From positions 1 through 59,890 of the forward strand of contig JBMFIG010000007.1 in assembly GCA_049976425.1 (NCBI GenBank): a stretch of DNA of 59,890 nucleotides, given 5' to 3'. Every line of letters starts with the position of its first letter. Position 1 is the first letter of the stretch. Origin of the DNA: Thermoproteus sp. (GTDB taxonomy: Archaea > Thermoproteota > Thermoprotei > Thermoproteales > Thermoproteaceae). The notes beneath the pieces were generated by a model. The model did not search any database. It saw nothing but the letters and a program-made list of their open reading frames with translations, and was not told the origin of the DNA. Positions 26,320-35,528 of the stretch are shown in pieces. The translations under genes were made by a program, and so were the position numbers.

Positions 26320-26631
26320 AATCTGGTGTGTCGGCCGGGATAAAAATTAAGGTGGCCCCGATCCGCGGCCCGCCCTATAGATTGCGGGCTCGTCGTCTAG
26401 AGCTCGCAAGAGAGGCAAGACGCAGTAGGGGACCGCCCAGCCCGTCCACCGACATGCCCTTGACCAATCTCGGGCCGACCACAGAAAGCCTAGGCGCGCA
26501 TGACCTGACGCTTGGCCCATATAAAACGGCGAGGAGATCGGCTAGGGCGTTATGAACATGCCTACGCGGCCTCTGTTGGGCATTGGGCCGATGCCGACTA
26601 GCCGGAGGCGCGATGCGTGTAGGCGCCCAGC

Positions 26632-27024
26632 CTACGCAATTTCCCCGGGCTCCAGCCTCTTTAGGTCGGTCTTGTCGAAGTCCTTGTCGAAGCTCACTAA
26701 GGTCAAGCCGAGCCTCTTGGCGTAGAAATAGTGAATCCCGTCGTCGAAGTCCAGGCCGACGCGCGCCGCCTCCTCCGCCGCCCTTATCTCGTCCGCTACG
26801 TCGCTCCTTATCACGTCGAGCCCGCGCCACGTCGAGATCTCGGCCAAGAAAACCTTGACGAGCTCCGGCTTCCCTAAAATCGCCGAGATCCCGTGTAGGG
26901 CGAACTGGAGGACGTACGCCTTGACGTCCCCCGCTCTCACGCGCTCCAGAAAGCGGTAGGACTCGCGCCACCTCTGCCGCCTATATAGGAGCTCCAGAAA
27001 CACGTTGGCGTCAACTAGGTACAT
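26632..27024 (-). CDS. vapC: PIN-domain toxin (VapC-like)
   Basis: VDANVFLE, LDFDD and VSFDKDFD motifs. Confidence 0.9.
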   Translation of the reverse strand: MYLVDANVFLELLYRRQRWRESYRFLERVRAGDVKAYVLQFALHGISAILGKPELVKVFLAEISTWRGLDVIRSDVADEIRAAEEAARVGLDFDDGIHYFYAKRLGLTLVSFDKDFDKTDLKRLEPGEIA

Positions 27025-27268
27025 GGCGCCTCCGCAGAGCCTCTCCCAGATCCTCGCCGCCCCACTCTAAGTCGGAGCCCAGCCCAAGGCCCACAAGCCG
27101 ATCGAGCCCGCCCCCCTCGGCAGGCCCGCCGAGCTCCCTCTCCAGTATCTCCACAACGGCGCGCGAGAGCGCCCCCCTCCTCACGCCGTACCTCTCTGCC
27201 GCATACCTCCTCAGCCTTTCTGCAAGCCATTTAGGCACCTCCACCTTGATGATCTCCTTCTCACCCAC
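27011..27268 (-). CDS. Ribbon-helix-helix antitoxin
   Basis: IKVEVPKWLAERLRRYA...GALSRAVVE pattern, overlaps the PIN gene. Confidence 0.8.
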   Translation of the reverse strand: MGEKEIIKVEVPKWLAERLRRYAAERYGVRRGALSRAVVEILERELGGPAEGGGLDRLVGLGLGSDLEWGGEDLGEALRRRHVPS

Positions 27269-27290
27269 GTACTTAAGTACTTTAGTACTA
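27269..27290. promoter_or_regulatory. Putative antitoxin operator (palindromes GTACTTAAGTAC and TAGTACTA)
   Basis: Two perfect palindromes sharing the AGTAC/GTACT half-site, lying between the TATA box and the antitoxin start codon. Confidence 0.55.
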
Positions 27291-27373
27291 TAAAAACCAG
27301 ACGCCGATAGATAGCCGCCGGGCTGGATCGGAGAAAAATTTTAAAAACAGCGAGTAGAGATACGCCGACTGTA

Positions 27374-27490
27374 CGGCCCGTAGCTCAGCGGTGAGAGCGC
27401 CCGGCTGTAGACAGCCCCTGGGGGTACAACTCCGAGAAAGCCCCCAGGACCTGTAACGGGCGGTCCCGGGTTCGAATCCCGGCGGGCCGA
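27374..27490 (+). tRNA. tRNA-Tyr(GUA) with a 44-nt intron at about position 39/40 (27413-27456)
   Basis: CGGCCCG/CGGGCCG acceptor stem and GGTTCGAATCC T-loop. Removing the intron restores CCCGG-CT-GTA-GA-CCGGG. Confidence 0.92.
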
Positions 27491-27541
27491 CTGACCACGC
27501 CGGTTTTATGTCGCCGCCCCAGAACTCCAACACATGCGCCC

Positions 27542-28171
27542 CTAACAACATATGTATTCCATATATCTCTCAGCGAGCCACTTTATCTCCTCGTCTAGAT
27601 CGTCAGCGTACAGAAGCCTTCCGGTCCTGACGAGCTCCTCGAGCACGCCCGGCTCGCTTGCGTCCGCTACGACGAGCTTCTCCGGAGGTATCCCGAGCTC
27701 CGTCGATAAGTCGACGGCCAGCCGCATCCTCTCCTCCACGCTCAGCGGCTTCTCGGGCCTGACAGCCACCGTGTTGGGCCCGAGGGAGTACGCCGCCTTC
27801 ACCCGCGCGGCCTTCAAGGCGTATCTGAAGCCCTCGCTAGTCCGTAGATCGGGGTACCTCCTCTTGACGCCTCTGATCAACTTCTCCAGAAGCTTCACGG
27901 CGTCTTCGGCTATCTTCTCGGCGTAGGCCCTGTCCCGGACTCTGTGAATGGCCTTGGCGGCCTTGACAACCTCGGCTAGCTTCGCCGCGTCGGCGGCGTC
28001 CAGCAACGCGCCTGCCAATACCCGGGGCAGGTCCTCGCATCTGGCAGGCCTCGGAAGGCCCATCTCGACCACGGCGCGGGCGGCGACCTCGACCACGTGT
28101 CTGGCGGCCACGTAGGCCCTCCAGAGAGGCCCCTCCGAGGAGGCCTCCGCCACCCTCCTCAACGCGTCCAT
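27542..28171 (-). CDS. Hypothetical protein; apparent degenerate HepT/DUF86 plus minimal nucleotidyltransferase fusion
   Basis: N-half GLPRP..CEDL...KLA.....AIH; C-half VKAAY.LG..VAV..LS.EERMRLAVDLS.ELG...GRLLY. Family assignment is by eye. Confidence 0.6.
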   Translation of the reverse strand: MDALRRVAEASSEGPLWRAYVAARHVVEVAARAVVEMGLPRPARCEDLPRVLAGALLDAADAAKLAEVVKAAKAIHRVRDRAYAEKIAEDAVKLLEKLIRGVKRRYPDLRTSEGFRYALKAARVKAAYSLGPNTVAVRPEKPLSVEERMRLAVDLSTELGIPPEKLVVADASEPGVLEELVRTGRLLYADDLDEEIKWLAERYMEYICC

Positions 28172-28203
28172 AAAAATTAATATTGGTATAAACGATTTTG
28201 CTA

Positions 28204-29460
28204 ATGCGGTCGCCGATGATCCTCCTCCTGCTCCTCGCGGCCATCGCCTTCGCGGGATCTCTGGCCCAGATAGGCGGCTTGAAGTTCTACGAGGCTTCTA
28301 GCCTGCAGGACCTTAGCTCCTATCTGGCGTCCCATCAAGGTCCGACCTTCGTGTTCGTCGACGAGGAGGGGTGCCCTGCCTGCGAGTACATGAAGACGCA
28401 GGTCTTCACGAACTCGACCGTGGTGTCTGCCCTCTCCGGCTTCAACCTCGTCGCCATAGACATAACCTACGCCCCCGTGAGCTCTATACCCGTGTACATC
28501 AACGGCTCCGTGTTCGTCGTGGAGAACGGGCAGGCGGGCTACACGAAGCCCTACTACGGCCCCTATCAAGTACCTATATTGGGAACCCCCACGATGTTGG
28601 TTGGCTACGACATAGGGGGCAAACTGTACCTCAAAGGCCTTCTCCTAGGCGGCCTTCCGCCGCAGGGCTTCCTGGAGTTCCTGAGCCTATCCGGCTTCAC
28701 GGCTCCTACGGAGACCGCCGAGATCCAGCAATCGAGCACGCCGGTCGTAACAGCCGCCAAGGGTGGAGTACAGCCGTTGTTGGCTCTTCCGGTCGCCTTT
28801 GCGGTTGGGGCCGCCAGCATATTCTCCCCCTGCGTCCTCCCCGTCTTGACGGTTGGGGCTGTCGCCATGGCCGCGCGCCGCAGCCTCTGGAAGGTCCTCG
28901 CCGGCATGGTCCTCTCGTTCAGCGCCTTCGGCGTCCTCGTATCGGCGTTGGGCCAGGCCGCGTCGGGCTTCAGAGTTGCCCTAGAGGGCGCGGGAGGCGC
29001 CGTGTTGCTCATGTTGGGCCTTCTTCTGGTGGTTCCCCCGCTCGAGAGGAGGTTCGTGGTGGCTATGTCGGGCCTCCAGACCAAGGCCTCCAAGGCGGCT
29101 AGGGGGGCCGGCGACTTCGCGCTCGGCCTGTCGCTGGGGGCCGTCTGGACTCCGTGCATAGCGCCTTTCATGGGCCTAGCCGCGGTCTCGGCGCTTGTGT
29201 CCGGCAATTTCCTGGACGGCTTCGCCATAATGCTGGCGTATGCGCTGGGGCTCGCGGTCGCGCTCTACGCGATACTTAAGGCCATATCTAGGTGGGGCAG
29301 GAAGGCCGCGGTGAGGTCTATGGGCTTGAGCAAGTGGGGCAGGAGGCTCGAGCTCGTAGTAGGGATCGCCTCCATAGCGTTGGGGATCCTCTTGCTGGGC
29401 GAGGCCGCCGGCCTAGGTCTGTGGAGCGTGGTTTTCGGGAAGTTGCAGAGCCTTATCTAG
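28204..29460 (+). CDS. Exported thioredoxin-fold domain fused to a CcdA/DsbD membrane domain
   Basis: Signal peptide, CPAC and GTP motifs, then FSPCVLP and WTPC.AP. Confidence 0.88.
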   Translation: MRSPMILLLLLAAIAFAGSLAQIGGLKFYEASSLQDLSSYLASHQGPTFVFVDEEGCPACEYMKTQVFTNSTVVSALSGFNLVAIDITYAPVSSIPVYINGSVFVVENGQAGYTKPYYGPYQVPILGTPTMLVGYDIGGKLYLKGLLLGGLPPQGFLEFLSLSGFTAPTETAEIQQSSTPVVTAAKGGVQPLLALPVAFAVGAASIFSPCVLPVLTVGAVAMAARRSLWKVLAGMVLSFSAFGVLVSALGQAASGFRVALEGAGGAVLLMLGLLLVVPPLERRFVVAMSGLQTKASKAARGAGDFALGLSLGAVWTPCIAPFMGLAAVSALVSGNFLDGFAIMLAYALGLAVALYAILKAISRWGRKAAVRSMGLSKWGRRLELVVGIASIALGILLLGEAAGLGLWSVVFGKLQSLI

Positions 29461-30201
29461 TTACTGGACGCCTGCGTATTCCTTGACGCGTGCCAACAGC
29501 TCGTGTTCGGGCGGGACGCCCACGAACTCCATATTGCCCATGGGATCGCCCTCGCGCATGAGTATGACCGCGGGCACGCCCGTCACTCCGTACTGGTCCG
29601 CTATGTCGGGGTTTTCATAGGCCTCGACCATTATCGAGACGACCTTCCCCTTGCTCTCGTAGGCGAACATGTTGGCCAGCAGGACGGCGTATGGGCAGTA
29701 GGGACAGGACGGCGTAACGACGGTCATCACGTAGACCCTTTTCTGGGCCTTCTCGGCCAGCGCGGCCAGCTCGTTCTTGGTCCTAGCTCTTAAACCTGTA
29801 CGTTTGGTCGAGAGCCTCACTATGGTCTCTATAAAGGCCCTCACCTCCTCGCCTAGGGGCGCCCCCCAGTACTTTATGAAGCCGTCTCCGAAATATACGG
29901 CGGGTATCCTGGTGGGCTCGACTCCGAATTTAGCCGCGACATCTCGGTCCTTCACCACGTCGTACTTTTTAATTATCAGCTTCTCGGGCGGGGCGAGCTG
30001 GCCCAATAGATCGAGCAGCTCCTCGGTGGGGACGCACCAGTTGGTCTCTCTCCCCCCGCAGTCGTTGCTGTGGAAGAAATTGACCTCGACAGGGGAATCC
30101 ATCTGGGATAACGTCTCCTTTATTATCTCCTTCGTCTCCTCGTCGACCTCAATGTGAGGCACCTCGGCTGGTGCGGGTCCTATTGGCGTTGCTTCGGCCA
30201 T
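29461..30201 (-). CDS. Protein disulfide oxidoreductase (two thioredoxin folds)
   Basis: GAPLGEE, VTPSCPYCP and YGVTGVP motifs. The N-terminal site reads CGGRETNWC. Confidence 0.9.
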   Translation of the reverse strand: MAEATPIGPAPAEVPHIEVDEETKEIIKETLSQMDSPVEVNFFHSNDCGGRETNWCVPTEELLDLLGQLAPPEKLIIKKYDVVKDRDVAAKFGVEPTRIPAVYFGDGFIKYWGAPLGEEVRAFIETIVRLSTKRTGLRARTKNELAALAEKAQKRVYVMTVVTPSCPYCPYAVLLANMFAYESKGKVVSIMVEAYENPDIADQYGVTGVPAVILMREGDPMGNMEFVGVPPEHELLARVKEYAGVQ

Positions 30202-30219
30202 GGACCCTCTATCCGTATG

Positions 30220-30627
30220 TCATTTTTTACTTTTTCGACCCTTCTTTCTACTCCTCTTGGGTTTGGACCTCTTCGACTTTCTCGACTTCCTCCGTCCTCT
30301 CCTCTTCTTCCGTTTGGGCTTAGCCTCGCCGGCCTCGTCGATTATCTTCTTTATGGAATCCAAGATCTCCTTATACTTCGCCTCTAGAGTCTTGCCGATC
30401 GTCTGCGGATCGAGATCGCTCTCGTTAGTCCACGCCGATATGTCGAGGAGGAGCCCTACGCCCTCCACGTAACGCCACGGGTCGTGCGTCGCCGTCCTTA
30501 TCTCTCTGACGACGGCCCCCGACAGCCTCTTGCTCACCGGTATGTGGGCATATAGATACCCCAGCTCCTTGTCGTGGACGAGTCTGAAAACCAGAGGGCC
30601 TTGGATCTCGACTATTACCTCGCTCAC
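30220..30627 (-). CDS. Hypothetical protein with a highly basic C-terminal tail
   Basis: About 33-aa K/R/S-rich tail, 4-nt overlap with the mdh stop. Confidence 0.8.
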   Translation of the reverse strand: MSEVIVEIQGPLVFRLVHDKELGYLYAHIPVSKRLSGAVVREIRTATHDPWRYVEGVGLLLDISAWTNESDLDPQTIGKTLEAKYKEILDSIKKIIDEAGEAKPKRKKRRGRRKSRKSKRSKPKRSRKKGRKSKK

Positions 30628-31550
30628 CTATATTTGTCCGGCAACGAGTTTAATAGTTTGCGTATGGCCTCGACGCTTTGGGCGAACTTGGCCTTCTCCT
30701 CAGCCCCCAGCTCGACCTCCAACACCTTCACAGCCCCGCCTCTCCCCAGCACTATGGGGACCTCGACGGGCACATCCGTGACGCCGTACTCGCCTTTGAG
30801 GACCACGGAGGCTATCAAGGCCCTCCTCTCGTCCCTCTTGACAGCCTTGGCCATGAGGGCGACGCCAGCGCCCGGTCCCCAGTTGGAGGAGAAGCCTCTG
30901 AGCTCGGTTATTCTGGCGCCTGCCTTGACGGTCTCGTCGACGACCTCCTTGATCTCCTCGGGCTTGAGCAACTTGTCTAACGGCACGCCGTAGACGAAGC
31001 TCTTGCTGGGCACCGGGAACATGCTCTCGCCGTGTTGCCCCAGCACTATCGGTATTATCGAGGCGGGGGATATGCCGAGCTTCTGGCCTGCATAGAACGC
31101 CAGCCTGCCGCCGTCCAGCACCCCGCTGAAGCCTATAACCCTCTCGCGCGGGAAGCCGGTCGCCTTCCACATGACGTACGTCATCGCGTCCAGCGGGTTG
31201 GTCGTCAAGATCACCACGGAGTCAGGAGCGTATTTGGCTATGTCCTTCCCTATGCCGTACACAATATCGGCGTTCTGGCCCAACAGCTGCTCTCTGGTCA
31301 TGCCGGGCTTCCTCGCAAGACCTGCCGTCACTATGACGAGGTCGCTGCCTTTCATGTCCGCGTTGTCGTTGGAGCCGACGTAGTATACGTCGAGGCCCAA
31401 TATGGACGACATGTGGTTCAAGTCGAGGGCCTCGCCTTGCGGGAGGCCCTTCACGATATCTATCAGCACTATCTTGTTGTCGATGCCTAGGAGGCCCAAC
31501 ATAGCGGCCGTGGTTGCGCCTACCCTTCCGCTTCCTATAACCGTTATCAT
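30624..31550 (-). CDS. mdh: Malate dehydrogenase (LDH-like)
   Basis: GSGRVG, AGLARKPGMTRE, TNPLD and LGQHG motifs. Confidence 0.93.
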   Translation of the reverse strand: MITVIGSGRVGATTAAMLGLLGIDNKIVLIDIVKGLPQGEALDLNHMSSILGLDVYYVGSNDNADMKGSDLVIVTAGLARKPGMTREQLLGQNADIVYGIGKDIAKYAPDSVVILTTNPLDAMTYVMWKATGFPRERVIGFSGVLDGGRLAFYAGQKLGISPASIIPIVLGQHGESMFPVPSKSFVYGVPLDKLLKPEEIKEVVDETVKAGARITELRGFSSNWGPGAGVALMAKAVKRDERRALIASVVLKGEYGVTDVPVEVPIVLGRGGAVKVLEVELGAEEKAKFAQSVEAIRKLLNSLPDKYR

Positions 31551-31601
31551 AATGTCTAGAAACCGGCTTGTTTATAACAATCAGCTACGACTCGCTATAC
31601 C

Positions 31602-32948
31602 TCAAAGTTTGCCTCTTGATAAAACCCTAGCCGCAACTATCAACGGATGCCACACAGGCGCAGTGGCCGGCATGTAGCCTATGTCGGCGAAGAACAGATC
31701 CTCTATAGTGGCGCCGCGCTCTACGGCCACCGCCGCTATATCGGCGTAGGCCGCCACTATGTGATCCCAGCCGAGCACCTGGACGCCCAGGATCCTCCCG
31801 GACTGGTCCGCCAACATCTTCACGTGGACGGGGGCATAGCCGGGGTAGTACTGGGCCTTGGTCCTCGCCTTGATCACCGCCTTGTCGTACTTTATGCCGA
31901 GCTTCTGAGCCTCCTCCTCGCTCAAGCCGGTCCTCGCTATGTATAGGTCGAAGAACTTGGTGACCGCGGTGCCCACCACGCCGGGGAACCTCAAGACCCT
32001 CCCCTTGACTGCGTTGCCGCCGGCCACCTGCCCCTCCTTGTTGGCGGAAGGGGCCAGCGGTATCCAGACCTTGCGGCCGGTGACTTTGTGGACTTTCTCC
32101 GCCACATCGCCTGCGGCGTAGACGTCGGGAGCGCCGGTCTCCATGTATTCGTTGACCGCGATAGCGCCGGTTTCGCCCAGCTTCGCGCCGGCCTTCAACG
32201 CGAGGTCCGCGTCGGGCTTGACGCCCACGGCGAGGATCACCTTGTCGACCTTATACTCGCCCTTCTCCGTCACGATCGCCGAGACCTTCCCGCCAGATCC
32301 TCTGAACTCCACCACCTTCTCGCCCAGGTGGAGATCCACGCCGCGCTTCTTCATCTCCTCGGCCAATACGGAGGACATATCGGCGTCTAGGGCCGCGGGG
32401 AGGAGCCTGTCCATCATCTCGAAGAGGATCACCTTCTTGCCTAGATGGAGGAGGGCCTCCACCATCTCCACGCCTATGTACCCGCCGCCGACTATGCCGA
32501 CCGTCGACGCGTCTGCGAGCTCCGACTTCAACAGAGGCACGTCGTCGGGCAACCGCACCGTCAATATGCCGGGCAGATCGACGCCGGGGATCTTGGGCAC
32601 GAGAGGCTTGGCCCCAGTGGCCACTATCAGCTTGTCCCACTGCAACGTCTCGCTTCTCCCGCCTCTGACGACCGTCACCGTCCTCTTGTCGGGGTCTACG
32701 TCTACCGCCTTGGCGTTTATAAGCACCTTTATATTCCTCTCCTTCTCGAACTCCTCGGGCGTATAGGTCATGAGGCTCTTGTAGTCGGCCACCACGCCGC
32801 TGACGGCGTAGGGTATGCCGCAGGGGGCGTGGGTGATCATGGAGCCGGCCTCCACCATGACGATCTCGGCGTTGGGATCGAGCCTCCTGGCTCTAGCGGC
32901 CGCAGACGCGCCGGCTGCTCCCCCGCCTATTATGACTACCCTGACCAT
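31602..32948 (-). CDS. CoA-disulfide reductase / NADH oxidase family flavoprotein
   Basis: GGGAAG, single-Cys APCGIPY, GGGYIG and YAAGD motifs, C-terminal Y.P..APVW. Confidence 0.88.
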   Translation of the reverse strand: MVRVVIIGGGAAGASAAARARRLDPNAEIVMVEAGSMITHAPCGIPYAVSGVVADYKSLMTYTPEEFEKERNIKVLINAKAVDVDPDKRTVTVVRGGRSETLQWDKLIVATGAKPLVPKIPGVDLPGILTVRLPDDVPLLKSELADASTVGIVGGGYIGVEMVEALLHLGKKVILFEMMDRLLPAALDADMSSVLAEEMKKRGVDLHLGEKVVEFRGSGGKVSAIVTEKGEYKVDKVILAVGVKPDADLALKAGAKLGETGAIAVNEYMETGAPDVYAAGDVAEKVHKVTGRKVWIPLAPSANKEGQVAGGNAVKGRVLRFPGVVGTAVTKFFDLYIARTGLSEEEAQKLGIKYDKAVIKARTKAQYYPGYAPVHVKMLADQSGRILGVQVLGWDHIVAAYADIAAVAVERGATIEDLFFADIGYMPATAPVWHPLIVAARVLSRGKL

Positions 32949-32984
32949 ACAGCCGGCCTATTGTGTATTTAAATCAGTTGGCCC

Positions 32985-33425
32985 CTAGCCGCAACGGGCG
33001 CTCCGCAGATTCCGCTGGACGAATTGTTCGAAGACGGGGGCTATGGCGAAGCCGGGCAGTGCCTCGGCAGGCTCGCCGTCCACGAACGCGAATGTTGTCG
33101 GAGTGCCCATAACCCCCAGCGCGGATGCGGTGAAGGCGAGCCTCTCCACCTCGGCCTTGACGAAGTTAGCCAAGTCGGCGTATTTCGCGCCTACGTGTCT
33201 GAATATGGGGTCGAACGCTCTGCAATAGGGACAAGTCCTCCCGAAGAACATAACGAAGGCCGCCCTACAGCTCTTGACCGCCTCGCCCAGCTCCTCCACG
33301 CTGTTAAGCACGTAGCCGACGGGATACTTCGCCGAGCAACAACGCCGGCCGCCGGACAGGAGCTGGAGGGCCTTCCTCCTGAGTATCGCCTCCAGCTCAC
33401 TTGACGTGTTCGACTCCGTAGACAT
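32985..33425 (-). CDS. Thioredoxin-family protein
   Basis: CPYC and GTPT motifs, overlaps the uL6 stop. Confidence 0.85.
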   Translation of the reverse strand: MSTESNTSSELEAILRRKALQLLSGGRRCCSAKYPVGYVLNSVEELGEAVKSCRAAFVMFFGRTCPYCRAFDPIFRHVGAKYADLANFVKAEVERLAFTASALGVMGTPTTFAFVDGEPAEALPGFAIAPVFEQFVQRNLRSARCG

Positions 33426-33984
33426 ATATGCCGTCGACCACTCCGAGGCCTCCCTCGCGGCCGTGCGGCGCCGGCTTTTCGTCTCCGTGGAGCTCGGTCG
33501 CCCTCTGGATGTTTGCCGCGAACTGGCTGACGACGTCGCGGTCTATCCCCTCGACGATTATGTCCTCCTTCCCCTGTAGCTGGACCTTCACGGATTTAGG
33601 TATCTCGAGCACAATCTTGGACTTCCTGCCGAGGAAGTTCTCTATGCTGAGCTGGCTCCCCTGCACCTTGACCAACATAGGGAAGTGGGTGTATATTATC
33701 TTGAGCTTGTACCTCCACCCTCTGGTGACGCCCAAGAAGGCGTTCTTCAGCTCGCCCTTTATCGTGCCCAGTATTGCGTACTCCCTCTTCCTGGCCCCGA
33801 AGACCTCCAGCACGATCTTGCCCTCCGACATGGATATGGAGACCGGGATGTTTCTGTAGACTCTCTCGATAGAGCCCAGAGGTCCCTTGACCGCCACCTT
33901 GTAGTCGAAAAGCCCTATCTTCTCCACCGACACGGAGACTCCTTGAGGAACCTCCAGCTCTTCGCGGGCGTAGGGGACGTGCAC
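33397..33984 (-). CDS. rpl6: 50S ribosomal protein uL6
   Basis: VKGPLG, YTHFP, IENFLG, QFAANI and DGIYV motifs. Start set at GTG 33984. Confidence 0.92.
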   Translation of the reverse strand: MHVPYAREELEVPQGVSVSVEKIGLFDYKVAVKGPLGSIERVYRNIPVSISMSEGKIVLEVFGARKREYAILGTIKGELKNAFLGVTRGWRYKLKIIYTHFPMLVKVQGSQLSIENFLGRKSKIVLEIPKSVKVQLQGKEDIIVEGIDRDVVSQFAANIQRATELHGDEKPAPHGREGGLGVVDGIYVYGVEHVK

Positions 33985-34063
33985 GGCCCTACGAAGAGGC
34001 CGTATTATAAATTTTGAACCGCGCCGGACCGTAAACAATAAAACGCGGCGCCGGCGACGTGGC

Positions 34064-34642
34064 GTGCGGATCTACCTCGCGACCTCGAACCCGCACAAGG
34101 TGGCCGAGGCGAGGCACGTCCTCGGCGAGTACTCCATAGAGGTGGAGCAGAAGGACGTCGAGAAGCTCGAGATACAGGCAGACGACGTGGAGGCCGTCGC
34201 GGAGGTTGCTGCGAGGAGGCTGTGCGAGCTCGGCGAGGAGCTCGTCGCAGTGGAGGACGCCGGGCTTTACATAGATGCGCTCAACGGGTTCCCGGGCCCC
34301 TACTCGGAGTACGTCTACCGCACTCTAGGGATCGCCGGGATCCTCAAGCTCATGGCCGGCGTAGAGAATAGATCGGCGCATTTTAAGTCGGCCGTGGCGA
34401 TATGCGTGGAGGGGTCTGTCAAGGTCTTCGCCGGGATCGCCGAGGGCTTCATAATAGGCGAGCCCAGAGGCTCCGGCGGGTTCGGCTTCGATCCCATCTT
34501 CGTGCCCGCCGGCCACACTAAGACGTTCGCCGAGATGAGCCTGGAGGAGAAGTCGGCTCTCTCCCATAGAGGGAAGGCGTTTAGGGCCTTGGCCGAGTGG
34601 CTTGTAGCCAGATCGCCCGAGAGGCAACCGCCGATCGGCTAG
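34064..34642 (+). CDS. rdgB: dITP/XTP pyrophosphatase (Ham1/RdgB)
   Basis: ATSNPHK, EDAGL..DAL.GFPGPYS, GFGFDPIF and SHR motifs. Confidence 0.95.
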   Translation: MRIYLATSNPHKVAEARHVLGEYSIEVEQKDVEKLEIQADDVEAVAEVAARRLCELGEELVAVEDAGLYIDALNGFPGPYSEYVYRTLGIAGILKLMAGVENRSAHFKSAVAICVEGSVKVFAGIAEGFIIGEPRGSGGFGFDPIFVPAGHTKTFAEMSLEEKSALSHRGKAFRALAEWLVARSPERQPPIG

Positions 34643-34697
34643 GCGCGGCGGCCGCCCGCCGAGAGTAGCATTTATAAACATAGTAGGTGGTTGATAT

Positions 34698-35528
34698 GTG
34701 GACGTATTGTCGACGCCTCTGGCTGAAGTTGCGACGAAGAACGTGGTTACTCTAGGCGAGAAGGACAAGGTGATAGACGCCTTGCGCAAGATGGTCGAGC
34801 TCGACATAAGGAGGTTGCCCATAGTGAAGGACAAGAGCCTCCTCGGCATAATAACCGCGTTGGATATCCTGGACGCCATATACTCCTTCGTCGAGTCGGG
34901 CGGCAGATCCCTATACGGCGACGTCTACATGCGGCCCGCGATAGAGTTCGCCACGCGGAACGTCATAACGGCGAGGCCCGACATGACGGTGGGGGAGGCC
35001 ATATCGCTCTTCCTCAAACACAACTTCGGCTCCATGCCTGTTGTCGACGAGGACGGAAGGCTTGTGGGCATCTTCACCGAGTGGGACGCCATGAAGATAG
35101 TGGCGCAGGCCGGATTCCCCCACCAGATCAGAGACGTGATGACGAGGATCGTGTACGTCTTGACCAAGTACTCGACAGTCATGGACGCGCTCGAGGGCAT
35201 CACCGTATATAGATTCAGGAGGTACCCCATAGTCGACGAGAAGGGCGAGGTCATCTCCATGCTACACGTAAAGGACGTGTTGCGCTACTTCGCCGACGAG
35301 TCGACTTTCAACAAGGCCAAGGAAGGCGACGTTGACGAGATCGTCAACGAATACGCCATCAACATAGCCAAGTCCCCAATATTCTTGGCATCGCCAGACG
35401 ACTACGTGACTGATATAGTTAAGAAGATGTTGGAGTATGACGTGGGCGGCGTGCCTGTCGTGGACAGAGAAAGCGGAAACGTGATAGGGATGGTCACCGA
35501 GAAGACGCTTCTCCTCCTCTTTGCTTGA
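34698..35528 (+). CDS. Four-CBS-domain protein
   Basis: Repeated RRLPIV / SMPVVD / RRYPIVD / GGVPVVD...GxxT motifs. Confidence 0.9.
   Translation: MDVLSTPLAEVATKNVVTLGEKDKVIDALRKMVELDIRRLPIVKDKSLLGIITALDILDAIYSFVESGGRSLYGDVYMRPAIEFATRNVITARPDMTVGEAISLFLKHNFGSMPVVDEDGRLVGIFTEWDAMKIVAQAGFPHQIRDVMTRIVYVLTKYSTVMDALEGITVYRFRRYPIVDEKGEVISMLHVKDVLRYFADESTFNKAKEGDVDEIVNEYAINIAKSPIFLASPDDYVTDIVKKMLEYDVGGVPVVDRESGNVIGMVTEKTLLLLFA

Noticed and set aside
26320-26631. About 310-bp spacer between the MoxR operon and vapC
   Set aside because: No credible ORF, C/D boxes or repeats found by eye.
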